The notes under the pieces: generated by a model
The model's input: only the letters and a program-made list of their open reading frames with translations
The model's database searches: none
What the model was told of the DNA's origin: nothing
In this document: piece by piece, positions 1 to 10,249 of the stretch
How the letters are laid out: each line of letters begins with the position of its first letter
How positions within the stretch are numbered: the stretch's first letter is position 1
Position numbers and translations under genes: made by a program
DNA from: an uncultured delta proteobacterium
GTDB taxonomy: Bacteria > Desulfobacterota > Binatia > JACPRU01
Length of the DNA stretch: 64,000 nucleotides
NCBI GenBank assembly: GCA_963745025.1
Contig: CAVUWD010000016.1
Span: 608,001-672,000, forward strand
Direction of reading: 5' to 3'

Positions 1-1217
1 TCGAGAACCGGCTGCCGGTCGTCCACATCTGCGACAGCGCCGGCGGCTTCCTGCCGCTGCAGGCCGAGCTCTTCGCCGACCGCTACTACGCCGGCCGCAT
101 CTTCCGCAACCAGTGCACGCTCTCGAAGATGGGCGTGCCGCAGGTCGCGATCGTCGCTCGGCCATTGCACGGCCGGCGGCGCCTACATCCCGGCGCTCAG
201 CGACTACTCGTGATCGTGCGCGGCACCGGCGCCATCTTCCTCGGCGGGCCGCCGCTGGTGAAGGCCGCGACCGGCGAGGTGGTCACGGCCGACGAGCTCG
301 GCGGCGCCGACGTGCACACGCAGCGTGAGCGGCACGGCGGACTACCCAGCCGCGTCCGAGCAGGAGGCGATCGCCATCGCGCGCGACATCGTCGCCCAGC
401 TCGCGCGCGCCGCAGAAGGCCGCGATCGACCGCGACGAGCCGGAGCCGCCGCAGCTACGACCCGGAGGAGCTCTACGGGATCATTCCGCGGCGACATGAA
501 GATCCAGTTCGACATGCGCGAGGTCATCGCCCGCCTCGTCGACGGCAGCCGCTTCCACGAGTACCAGCCGGCCTACGGCACCACGCTGGTCTGCGGCTTC
601 GCGCGCCTCTGGGGCTACAAGGTCGGCATCCTCGCCAACAACGGCGTGCTCTTCAACGACAGCTCGCTCAAGGGCGCGCACTTCATGGAGCTCTGCGAAC
701 CAGAACCGCACGCCGCTGCTGTTCCTGCAGAACATCACCGGCTACATGGTCGGCCGCGAGTACGAAGCGCGCGGCATCACCAAGGACGGCGCCAAGATGA
801 TCATGGCGGTGACGGGCTCGGTGGTGCCGAAGTTCACGGTGATCGTCAACGGCTCGTTCGGCGCCGGCAACTACGGCATGTGCGGGCGCGCCTTCGACGC
901 GCGCTTCCTCTTCATGTGGCCGCAAGCGCCAGATTTCGGTGATGGGCGGCGAGCAGGCCGCGAACGTGCTCGCCGAGATCAAGATCAAGCAGCTCGAGCG
1001 CGAGGGCCGGAAGCTCTCCGCCGCCGAGATCGCTGCGATCCGCGAGCCGATCCTCGAGGAGTACACGCCGAGCTCGAGCGCCTACTACAGCACGTCGGAG
1101 CTCTGGGACGACGGCCTGCTCGATCCGCTGGACACGCGCAACGCGCTCGGGATCGCTATCTCGTGCGCGCTGAACACACCGATCGGAGAGCCTGGGTACG
1201 GGGTGTTTCGATTCTAG
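1..1217 (+). CDS. Acyl-CoA carboxylase carboxyltransferase subunit (methylcrotonyl-CoA carboxylase beta-like); 5'-truncated by the window, multiply frameshifted
   Basis: Motifs spread over four ORFs: [81 protein letters not shown]-terminal YGVFRF. Confidence 0.85.
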
Positions 1218-1384
1218 GAGGGATGCAGGTCTATCGGTTTGTCTCCTTTCGGGGCAGTCGCGATCGTCTTCGAGCGACGCAGCTGCTGAACAAGCCGACT
1301 AAGGAACCACTGGCGCCAATCTTTGGTCAGCCCGGACGGCGCACCGATTGACCAGGACCGCGGAGTCGGCCATTGATGCCGGTC

Positions 1385-2795
1385 ATGGTCGGCATCGTCT
1401 CCTACGGTTCTTACGTGCCCTACCGCCGTCTCAAGCGGTCGGCGATCGCACAAGTCCTCGGAATTCCCGCCAGCAAGGGGGAGCGGGCGGTGGCGAGCTT
1501 CGACGAGGATAGCGTGTCGATGGGCGTCGAGGCAGCGCGCGATGCGTTGCGAGCGACTTCGGCCCCATCGGTCCAGGCGCTGTTCTTCGCGACGACGACC
1601 CCGCCGTACGGCGAGAAGCTGCACGCGGCGATCGTCGGCGCCGCGGCCCGCTTGCCGGTCGAGATTCGCGCCGCGGATTCGACCGGTTCCGTCCGCGCCG
1701 GCCTCGGCGCCCTGCTCCAGGCATCGGACAGCGTGGGCGGTGGCGCGAAGCAGGCGCTGGCCGTGATCGCGGATTGCCGACTCGGCGCGCCCGAGGGTAA
1801 AGCCGAGCAGCAGAACGGCGACGGCGCGGTCGCGTTCGTGCTCGGCTCGGAGAACGTCATCGCGGAGATCGAGGCGAGCGCGTCGCTGACGCGCGAGTTC
1901 CTCGATACTTGGCGCGCGCCCGACGAGCGTTTTGCTCACACCTGGGAGGAGCGATTCGCCCTGACCCAAGCCTACGGACCGCTTCTCGGGAAAGCGGTGC
2001 AGGCGGTCCTCGCAAAGGCGAAGGTGACGCCGAAAGACCTCGCCAAAGTCGTGCTGGATTGTCCGAACCCGCGAGCGGTCGACGAGATCGCACGCGGCAT
2101 GAAGCTCGAGGCCGCTCAGCTCGCCGACCCGCTCGCACTGACGGTCGGGCAGACCGGCGCCACGCATGCCGGCCTGATGCTCGCTTCCGTGCTGCCGGCG
2201 GCGAAGCCTGGAGAGCGGATCCTCGTCGCCACCGCGGCCGATGGCGCGGATGCGATCGTCTTTCGCATCACCGATGCCGCCGCCCGCTACAAGCAGCCGC
2301 GCTCGGTCGGACGGCTGATCGAGTCGAAGGGCGACGTCTCCTACGGAAGCTACCTCAAGTGGCGCGAGATCATCCCGACCGAGCCGCCGCGCCGGCCCGA
2401 CCCCGACCGGCCCGCGGGACCACCGATGCTCCGGTCGTCGAGCTGGAAGTACGGCTTCGTCGGGTCGCGCTGCACGGCGTGCGGCACGCCGCAGCTTCCG
2501 CCGCAGCGCGTGTGCGTGAAGTGCCGCGCGTTCGACCAGATGGAGCCCTACCCGTTCGCCGATCGCACCGCGCGCATCGCCACCTACACGCTCGATCGGC
2601 TCGCGTACTCGCTGCAACCCGCCGACGGTCGCCGTCGTTCTCGACTTCGACGGCGGCGGACGGTTCATCTGCGAGATGACCGATTGCGAGCCGGAGAAGG
2701 TCGCGATCGGCGACGAGGTGGAGATGACGTTCCGCAAGCTCTATACGGCAGGAGGGGTGCACAACTACTTCTGGAAGGCGCGGCCGAAGCGGTGA
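1385..2795 (+). CDS. HMG-CoA synthase-like domain fused to a Zn-ribbon/OB-fold (DUF35) domain; frameshift near 2620
   Basis: YGSYVPYRRL, DEDSVSMGVEAA, GDGAVAF, CTACG..CVKC; after the shift the frame reads DFDGGGRFICEMTD..FRKLY..HNYFWKARPKR* (TGA 2793-2795). Confidence 0.8.
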
Positions 2796-2837
2796 AACTG
2801 GCGTCGGGCTCCGCAGCCTGAGGCCCCCGGAGGAAAC

Positions 2838-4022
2838 ATGGCCAGCAACGGAATCAAGGACCGCGTCGCGATCGTCGGCATGGGCTGCACGTCGTTCGGC
2901 GAGCACTGGGACAAGGGGCCGGACGATCTCCTCGTCGACGCCGCCTACGAGGCGTACGCGCTCGGCGGGCATCGACCCGAACGACGTCGACGCCTACTGG
3001 CTCGGCACGCTCGGTTCGGGGCTCTCCGGGCTCATGCTCTCCGAGCCGCTGAAGATCCCGTACAAGCCGGTCACACACGTCGAGAACTTCTGCGCGACGG
3101 GCTCCGAGGCGCTGCGCCACGCCTGCTACGCCGTCGCTCGCGGCGCCTACGACGTCGTGATGGCGATCGGCGTCGAGAAGCTCAAGGACTCGGGCTTCTC
3201 GGGGCTCGTCGGCAACGTTCCGCCCAACGACGGCACGCAGAGCACCATGACGGCGCCCGCCTCGTTCTCGCTGCTCGCGCCCGCGTACTTCAAGAAGTAC
3301 GGCCTCGATCCCAAGAAGGGCAAAGAGGTGCTCGCGCGCATCGCCTGGAAGAACCACAAGAACGGCGCGAAGAACCCGAAGGCGCAGTTCCGCAAGGAAG
3401 TGCCGATGGAGACGATCCTGAATTCGCCGAAGGTCGCCGATCCGCTCGGCATCATGGACTGCTCGGGCGTCTCCGACGGCTCGGCGGCGGCGATCGTCGT
3501 CGCGCCGAGGACGCGCACAAGTACCGCAAGGATCCGATCTACATCAAGGCGCTGTCGTTCGTCGCCGGCCCCGGCGAAGGCCACTCCAGGCAGGACTACG
3601 ACTTCACGACCTTCCCCGAGGTGGTGGCGACGGCGCGCGATGCCTACAAGCAGGCCGGCGTCACGAATCCCCGCGCCGAGATCAGCATGGCCGAGGTCCA
3701 CGACTGCTTCACGCCGACCGAGCTCGTGCTCTTGGAGGACCTCGGCTTCCGCGAGCGCGGCACGGCGTGGAAGGACGTGCTCGACGGCCTCTTCGATCTC
3801 GAGGGCCCGCTGCCGGTCAACCCCGACGGCGGGCTCAAGTGGTTCGGCCATCCGATCGGCGCCTCGGGCCTGCGCATGATGTACGAGATGTGGCTCCAGC
3901 TTCGCGGCGAGGCGGGCCCGCGGCAGATCAAGAACCCGAAGCTCGGCCTCACGCACAATCTCGGCGGCGCGCCCGGACGGTGCGTGAGCTTCGTCTCCGT
4001 GGTCGGACGCGACGTCGGCTAA
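2838..4022 (+). CDS. Thiolase-family acetyl-CoA acetyltransferase (SCP-x/PhlC-like); two compensating frameshifts
   Basis: VENFCATGSEA, DCSGVSDGSAA, EVHDCFT, VNPDGGLKWFGHPIGASG, HNLGG; GGAGG RBS. Confidence 0.85.
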   Translation: MASNGIKDRVAIVGMGCTSFGEHWDKGPDDLLVDAAYEAYALGGHRPERRRRLLARHARFGALRAHALRAAEDPVQAGHTRRELLRDGLRGAAPRLLRRRSRRLRRRDGDRRREAQGLGLLGARRQRSAQRRHAEHHDGARLVLAARARVLQEVRPRSQEGQRGARAHRLEEPQERREEPEGAVPQGSADGDDPEFAEGRRSARHHGLLGRLRRLGGGDRRRAEDAHKYRKDPIYIKALSFVAGPGEGHSRQDYDFTTFPEVVATARDAYKQAGVTNPRAEISMAEVHDCFTPTELVLLEDLGFRERGTAWKDVLDGLFDLEGPLPVNPDGGLKWFGHPIGASGLRMMYEMWLQLRGEAGPRQIKNPKLGLTHNLGGAPGRCVSFVSVVGRDVG

Positions 4023-4061
4023 GGGCGGTACGATCGACGTCGAGCGCCAAGGCTGATCGGT

Positions 4062-5156
4062 TCAGGCGTTCGCCGGCGGCAGGATCTTCCGCTCGATCAG
4101 TTTGCTGAACCAGTAGCGGAACGTCTCTTCGGTATCGTACGCCTGGCAAAACCCCGCCTGCTTGATCTTCACGGTGCTGACGAACGCCGGCGGCGGGGGA
4201 GCGGTGGCGCCGTACGCGAAGCAGAAGTCGGCGTAGTGATGCGACTCGCCGATCAATTCCGACATCGGCACTTTCCGCAATCCATGTTTGGCGATGATCC
4301 GGTCCCACACGGGCGCCTTGGCCGGCATGAACTCCGCGAGCCTCACGGGATTGTCGGGACCGAGTTTCACACCGAGCACCTCGGCGAACGAAGGCCACAG
4401 GTCACGCCACTCGAACACTTCGCCGTTCGTGAGGTTGAACGTCTCGCCTCTCGCATTGGCGGCCGTCGCTCCCCATACCAAAGCGTCGGCGACGAGCCGC
4501 GTGTCGACCGCTTCCCATACCCACGGGGCTCCGCCGGGGAATCCAAACGGGCGACCCTCTTCGCGGCAGATCGCCGCGAAGGCGCCTATGATGGGCGGAA
4601 GGTTCATCACCACGCCGTAGTTCGGTCCGACGATCAACTGCGGGCGCCAGATGGTGAACGTCCATCCTTCGCGCGCCGACTTGGCGCGGACGTAGTCCTC
4701 CTGCAACCAGTAGAAGTTCTCGTGCGGGTCGCGCGGGAAGCGTTCGCGCGCGGGAATCCGGATCGGGTGGAGGTGCACTCCGTATGCCTTCGTGCCCTGC
4801 AGGAGGCTCACGTGCTTCAAACCGTTCGCATTTCGTGAGAGTGGATCCATCAAGTTTCGCAGCATCTCCAGATTCGTGTCCATCTGGAGTTTTTCGCTCC
4901 ATCCCGGAACCAGACCCGGCAGCTCGAAGACCGCCGTGTACACGACATGCGTCACGGCGCCGCACCCCTTGGCCGTCTCGCGGCATGCCGCGGCGTCGCG
5001 TAGATCGAGCGCCGAGTGCGTGAATGATTTGGCGGTGTCTACTTCCGGACGACGCCGCGACAGCGCGATGACGTCGTATCCGTCGGCGAGAAAGCTCTCA
5101 ACGGTCGCAGCCCCGACGAGACCGCTGGCGCCAGCAATGAGCACGGTTCCCTTCAT
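4062..5156 (-). CDS. Extended SDR of the PRISE (progesterone 5-beta-reductase/iridoid synthase-like) type
   Basis: GASGLVG Rossmann motif, LQGTKAYG, NFYWLQED, TIWRPQLIVG. Confidence 0.8.
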   Translation of the reverse strand: MKGTVLIAGASGLVGAATVESFLADGYDVIALSRRRPEVDTAKSFTHSALDLRDAAACRETAKGCGAVTHVVYTAVFELPGLVPGWSEKLQMDTNLEMLRNLMDPLSRNANGLKHVSLLQGTKAYGVHLHPIRIPARERFPRDPHENFYWLQEDYVRAKSAREGWTFTIWRPQLIVGPNYGVVMNLPPIIGAFAAICREEGRPFGFPGGAPWVWEAVDTRLVADALVWGATAANARGETFNLTNGEVFEWRDLWPSFAEVLGVKLGPDNPVRLAEFMPAKAPVWDRIIAKHGLRKVPMSELIGESHHYADFCFAYGATAPPPPAFVSTVKIKQAGFCQAYDTEETFRYWFSKLIERKILPPANA

Positions 5157-5332
5157 GATGTCCCCCAGGCGCGTCGGTTACGCCGCTCCCGCGGCAAGTG
5201 CCCGTAGTGCGAAGTCCCTGTGACGTCGAATCCGACGAAAGTCCCGCGCGTTATGAACACGGTGCCGCCGATTCTCCCACTCCGTGGGGTGCAACGATGG
5301 CGGGTTGTTGCCGGTAGCCGCGTCGGCAGCCG

Positions 5333-6559
<1,227 letters not shown>

Positions 6560-6581
6560 GCGCCCGCCAGACGACGACCCG

Positions 6582-7610
6582 TCAGAACACGCGGTAGACG
6601 ATTGCCGTGAAGCGAGTTCCCTGCGGGCGGTTCAGTGCGTCGAACTCGCGAAGCACCGACAGATCGATGAGGAAGCCACGGAGCACGGCCGTGGCGATCG
6701 GCCCGAGCATGCAGCCTCGCTCGGACGAGTTGCGGATGCGGCTGCCGTCCATGCGGTCGTCGCGATACTGGAAGTCGAAGAACCCTTCGATGCCGAGGTT
6801 TCGCGTATGGGCATGGTCGAGATGAGCAAGCAGCTTGAACATGGCCTGCACGGTCGGGCCCAACTGGTAACGCGAGCGCGTGGCGGTCGCGGGATTGTGA
6901 AAATCGTCGTTCTTGGTGGAGCCGGCGAAGTACAGCGACGGCTCGAAGAAGACGCCGTTGCCGATGCTTCGCAGGTGGACGATGAGATCGTTCGAGTACA
7001 GGTACGTGTAGGTGTCGAAGCTCAGGTTCCGCAGGCCCCCCGGCTGATAGTGGCCGGTCGGTAGGAACACATCGACGTCCATCAAGCCTGCAATTTTCAA
7101 CGCTTCGCTCTCGTAGATCTCCGGGAAATTCAGACCGGTACCCAGCGCCAGGTCGCTCGGGCCCGCGGTGGATGCTGCGGCCTTGCCGACCGCGAAATCC
7201 GTCGCCACGAAGGTCGGTACCGCTTCCACGAAGTGCTGGACTCGCTCGGTGCGGAGCGGTGTCAGCAGAATGATGCGCTCGACGAGCAGGTACGTGCTGA
7301 GATGGAAACGGCCGGGCACGGCGCGCCCGCGGTCGTCGCGAAGCGAATCGGCATAGTAGTATTGATTGTACGTGCCGAGAAAGAGCGTCCACGGCGGCGT
7401 ATCCTTGCTCTGCTCCTGCGTCGCGAAGGAGCTGTGCGCACCGTCCATGTAGGTCGCGAAGAGCGGCAACCCCGCGCCCTTGTGGATTCCCTGGGCGCTG
7501 AGATCGCTGCCCCTCCAGACGAGTGCGGCCTGTGCTGCGCCCGGCGGCCAAAAGAGCAGCGCCAGCGCCGCGAGTGCCAGCCGAGACCCCCGCCGAACTC
7601 CCTTTCGCAT
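6582..7610 (-). CDS. Exported outer-membrane beta-barrel protein (SphA/Phenol_MetA_deg-like)
   Basis: Signal peptide (AAQA), amphipathic strands, GPSDLALG and LPTGHY motifs, C-terminal YRVF. Confidence 0.6.
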   Translation of the reverse strand: MRKGVRRGSRLALAALALLFWPPGAAQAALVWRGSDLSAQGIHKGAGLPLFATYMDGAHSSFATQEQSKDTPPWTLFLGTYNQYYYADSLRDDRGRAVPGRFHLSTYLLVERIILLTPLRTERVQHFVEAVPTFVATDFAVGKAAASTAGPSDLALGTGLNFPEIYESEALKIAGLMDVDVFLPTGHYQPGGLRNLSFDTYTYLYSNDLIVHLRSIGNGVFFEPSLYFAGSTKNDDFHNPATATRSRYQLGPTVQAMFKLLAHLDHAHTRNLGIEGFFDFQYRDDRMDGSRIRNSSERGCMLGPIATAVLRGFLIDLSVLREFDALNRPQGTRFTAIVYRVF

Positions 7611-7742
7611 CGCAGGGAAGGCCTAGCAGAAATCTATCGGGCCGGAGACAACTCTTTTGAGATCGCGAGCTCCTCCGGCCGGGTTCGCTGCAGCTCGTTC
7701 CTTCGACGCCACCCGGCTGCGTGGACAGGCGCCGAATCTGCT

Positions 7743-8057
7743 ATGGCGGGGCTCGTGCAGGACCGAGGCTTGCCGCCGGCCGTGTGGGACCAGTACTCGC
7801 AGGCAATCGGCATTTTTCTCAGCGGAGCGACGGTGCCGAGCGCGAGCCGCATCGCTCTCGTCGTCGGCACGTGGCTTAGCCTGATGAACCAAGGGGAGCT
7901 GATCGTGCGCGGCCCCATCCCGTGGATCAAGATTCTCCTCAACTACGCCACTCCGTTCATCGTCGCGAGCCTAGGCTTCCTCGCGGCGCGACGCCGCGCG
8001 AACGTCGAGCGCCTCGTTCGCCTCCTCGGTGACGGTCCGCCGTCGCCGGAGTCGTGA
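7743..8057 (+). CDS. Small membrane protein, NrtS (nitrate/nitrite transporter-like) family
   Basis: ALVVGTWLSLMNQGE..WIKILLNYATPF matches the NrtS pattern. Confidence 0.65.
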   Translation: MAGLVQDRGLPPAVWDQYSQAIGIFLSGATVPSASRIALVVGTWLSLMNQGELIVRGPIPWIKILLNYATPFIVASLGFLAARRRANVERLVRLLGDGPPSPES

Positions 8058-8113
8058 TCGGGGGCTTGAGGTCGCCGCGCGCTTCGGACAATATCCCCGG
8101 CCGTTCGAACATC

Positions 8114-9226
8114 ATGCGCATCGGTGTCCTAAGAGAGACGACTCCGAGCGAGCGCCGGGTGGCGTTGCTTCCCGACGGCATCGGCACGCTCGTCAAGGCC
8201 GGTGTTGAAGTCGTGATCGAAGCGGGCGCCGGCGCCAGCGCGGGTGCATCCGACGAGGCCTACGCTCAGGCCGGGGCGACGATCGCTGCAGATGCCCGCG
8301 GGGCATGCATCGGCGCGGCAGCGGTCGTCAAGGTGCAGCCGCCGACAGTCGAAGAAGCCGGGCGGCTCGACCCGGGAACTCTTCTCGTCAGCCTCCTACC
8401 GACGAGCGAGCGGCAGGATCTCCTCAGGATCCTGGCCGAGCGACGCATCACGGCCCTCGCTCTCGAGCGCGTGCCGCGCATCTCGCGCGCACAATCGATG
8501 GACGTGCTCTCGTCTCAGGCGACGCTCGCCGGTTACAAGGGTGTTTTGCTCGGGGCCTCGTTGCTGCCGCGCATCTTGCCGATGTTGACCACGGCTGCCG
8601 GCAACATCCGCCCCGCCAAAGCTTTCGTGCTCGGCGCCGGCGTGGCTGGCTTGCAGGCGATTGCGACGGCAAAGCGACTCGGTGCCATCGTATCCGCGTT
8701 CGACGTTCGCGCCGCGGCGCGAGAACAGGTGCAAAGCCTCGGCGCCACTTTCGTCGCCGCCGAGCTCGCGTCCGACGCCGCGCAGGACAAGGGCGGCTAC
8801 GCCAAAGCCCAGAGCGAGGACGAGCAACGGCGCGCGCAGGCGCTGCTCGATGCGCACCTGAAGGAGATGGACCTGGTGGTCTCCACCGCCGCGATTCCCG
8901 GACGCCGGGCACCCTTGCTGATCACCGAAGAAATGGTCCGGCACATGAAGCCGGGTTCGGTGATCGTCGACCTCGCTGCCGAGACGGGCGGCAACTGCGC
9001 GCTCACAAAGCCGGGGGAGACGGTCGAGGCCAACGGTGTGCTGATCCTCGGTCCGCTCAACCTGGCGAGCACGGTGCCGGTGCACGCGAGCCAGATGCTC
9101 AACCGCAACGTCCTCACGTTGCTCCAGTACCTGCTGCGCGATGGCGCCCTCGCGATCGATCTCGACGACGAGATCACCGGCGCGATGGCGGTGACCCACG
9201 CCGGAGAGGTGCGGGTCAGCGGCTGA
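8114..9226 (+). CDS. pntA: NAD(P) transhydrogenase subunit alpha, soluble domain I only
   Basis: ERRVAL, PRISRAQSMDVLSSQ, GAGVAGLQAIATAKRLGA, GGYAK, VDLAAETGGNC; no membrane segment. Confidence 0.9.
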   Translation: MRIGVLRETTPSERRVALLPDGIGTLVKAGVEVVIEAGAGASAGASDEAYAQAGATIAADARGACIGAAAVVKVQPPTVEEAGRLDPGTLLVSLLPTSERQDLLRILAERRITALALERVPRISRAQSMDVLSSQATLAGYKGVLLGASLLPRILPMLTTAAGNIRPAKAFVLGAGVAGLQAIATAKRLGAIVSAFDVRAAAREQVQSLGATFVAAELASDAAQDKGGYAKAQSEDEQRRAQALLDAHLKEMDLVVSTAAIPGRRAPLLITEEMVRHMKPGSVIVDLAAETGGNCALTKPGETVEANGVLILGPLNLASTVPVHASQMLNRNVLTLLQYLLRDGALAIDLDDEITGAMAVTHAGEVRVSG

Positions 9227-9427
9227 CGGCACGGACCTTCGGGTTCTTCCGGCCCCTCCAACGCCGTCGAGCCATCGCGGAGGCCCCGCCGGTGCGGGGG
9301 AGCGGATGGAGCCGCCATGGAAGGCGCATGCGCTCCGCTCACGGCGCGGTCCGCATCTCGCAGTCACCACGAAGGACGTTTGACGAATAACCAACGATCC
9401 CCGAGAACAAGCCCTTCAGGAGGACTC

Positions 9428-9886
9428 ATGGAGAAGCAGACACTCGACGACTACCAGGTCGGTGAGCGCATTGTCAGTCCCGGCCGGACGATCACCGAGG
9501 CTGACATCGTCAACTTCGCGGGCCTCACGGGCGATTGGCACCCGCTCCACACCGACGTCACCTACGCCGCCACGACGCCGTTCGGCGAGCGCATCGCGCA
9601 CGGCATGCTCGTACTCGCCGCGGGCAGCGCCCTCGCCTTTCGTCTCGGCACGTTCGTGCTGCTGCCGCGATCGTTCATCGCCTTCTACGGCATGGAGCGG
9701 GTGCGCTTCACGACCCCGGTGAAGATCGGCGACACCATCCGCCTCGAGGCCGAGGTCACGTCGATCGAGCACAAGGACGCCACGCGCGGCGTGCTCACCT
9801 GGAACGGCCGGATCGCCAACCAGCGGAACGAGGCCTGCTGCCTGTTCGTGATGAAGTTGCTGTGCGGTCGCGCGGCGCCGGCCTGA
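9428..9886 (+). CDS. MaoC-like hot-dog dehydratase
   Basis: GRTITEADIVNFAGLTGDWHPLH, RIAHGML, PVKIGDTI; AGGAGG RBS. Confidence 0.9.
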   Translation: MEKQTLDDYQVGERIVSPGRTITEADIVNFAGLTGDWHPLHTDVTYAATTPFGERIAHGMLVLAAGSALAFRLGTFVLLPRSFIAFYGMERVRFTTPVKIGDTIRLEAEVTSIEHKDATRGVLTWNGRIANQRNEACCLFVMKLLCGRAAPA

Positions 9887-10161
9887 AACCGGCCTGCGTC
9901 GGCGAAAATCACGATCGCGCTGCCGTCCATTTTGTGCCGGCCGCCGCACTGCGGATGATAACTGCCCCTCTTCACCGAGCGCCTGCCCGCGTTGCTGGTC
10001 GGGCCAGTCGCGCGTTCGGTCGGACGGTACCGGGACGCAAACTTTTCCCCGGCAGGCCCTGCGATTCCAGCTGGTTTGGCGAGCGTGAGAAGAATGGGAC
10101 GCCCGGGTTCTCATTTTCGAGATCATGTCGTGCTTTTCCTCGCTAGCATGACCCTCCCCCA

Positions 10162-10177
10162 AGGCATGTCTCTTGCT
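10162..10177 (+). promoter_or_regulatory. Candidate sigma54 -24/-12 promoter
   Basis: AGGCATGTCTCTTGCT (GG-N10-GC) about 75-90 bp upstream of the GspE/PilB gene. Confidence 0.55.
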
Positions 10178-10249
10178 GAGGCGTCTGTCCGTGATCGATT
10201 CGCCTAGGCTCTTACCCGCACGAGCAAACCAACGGCCGCCGACAACCCG

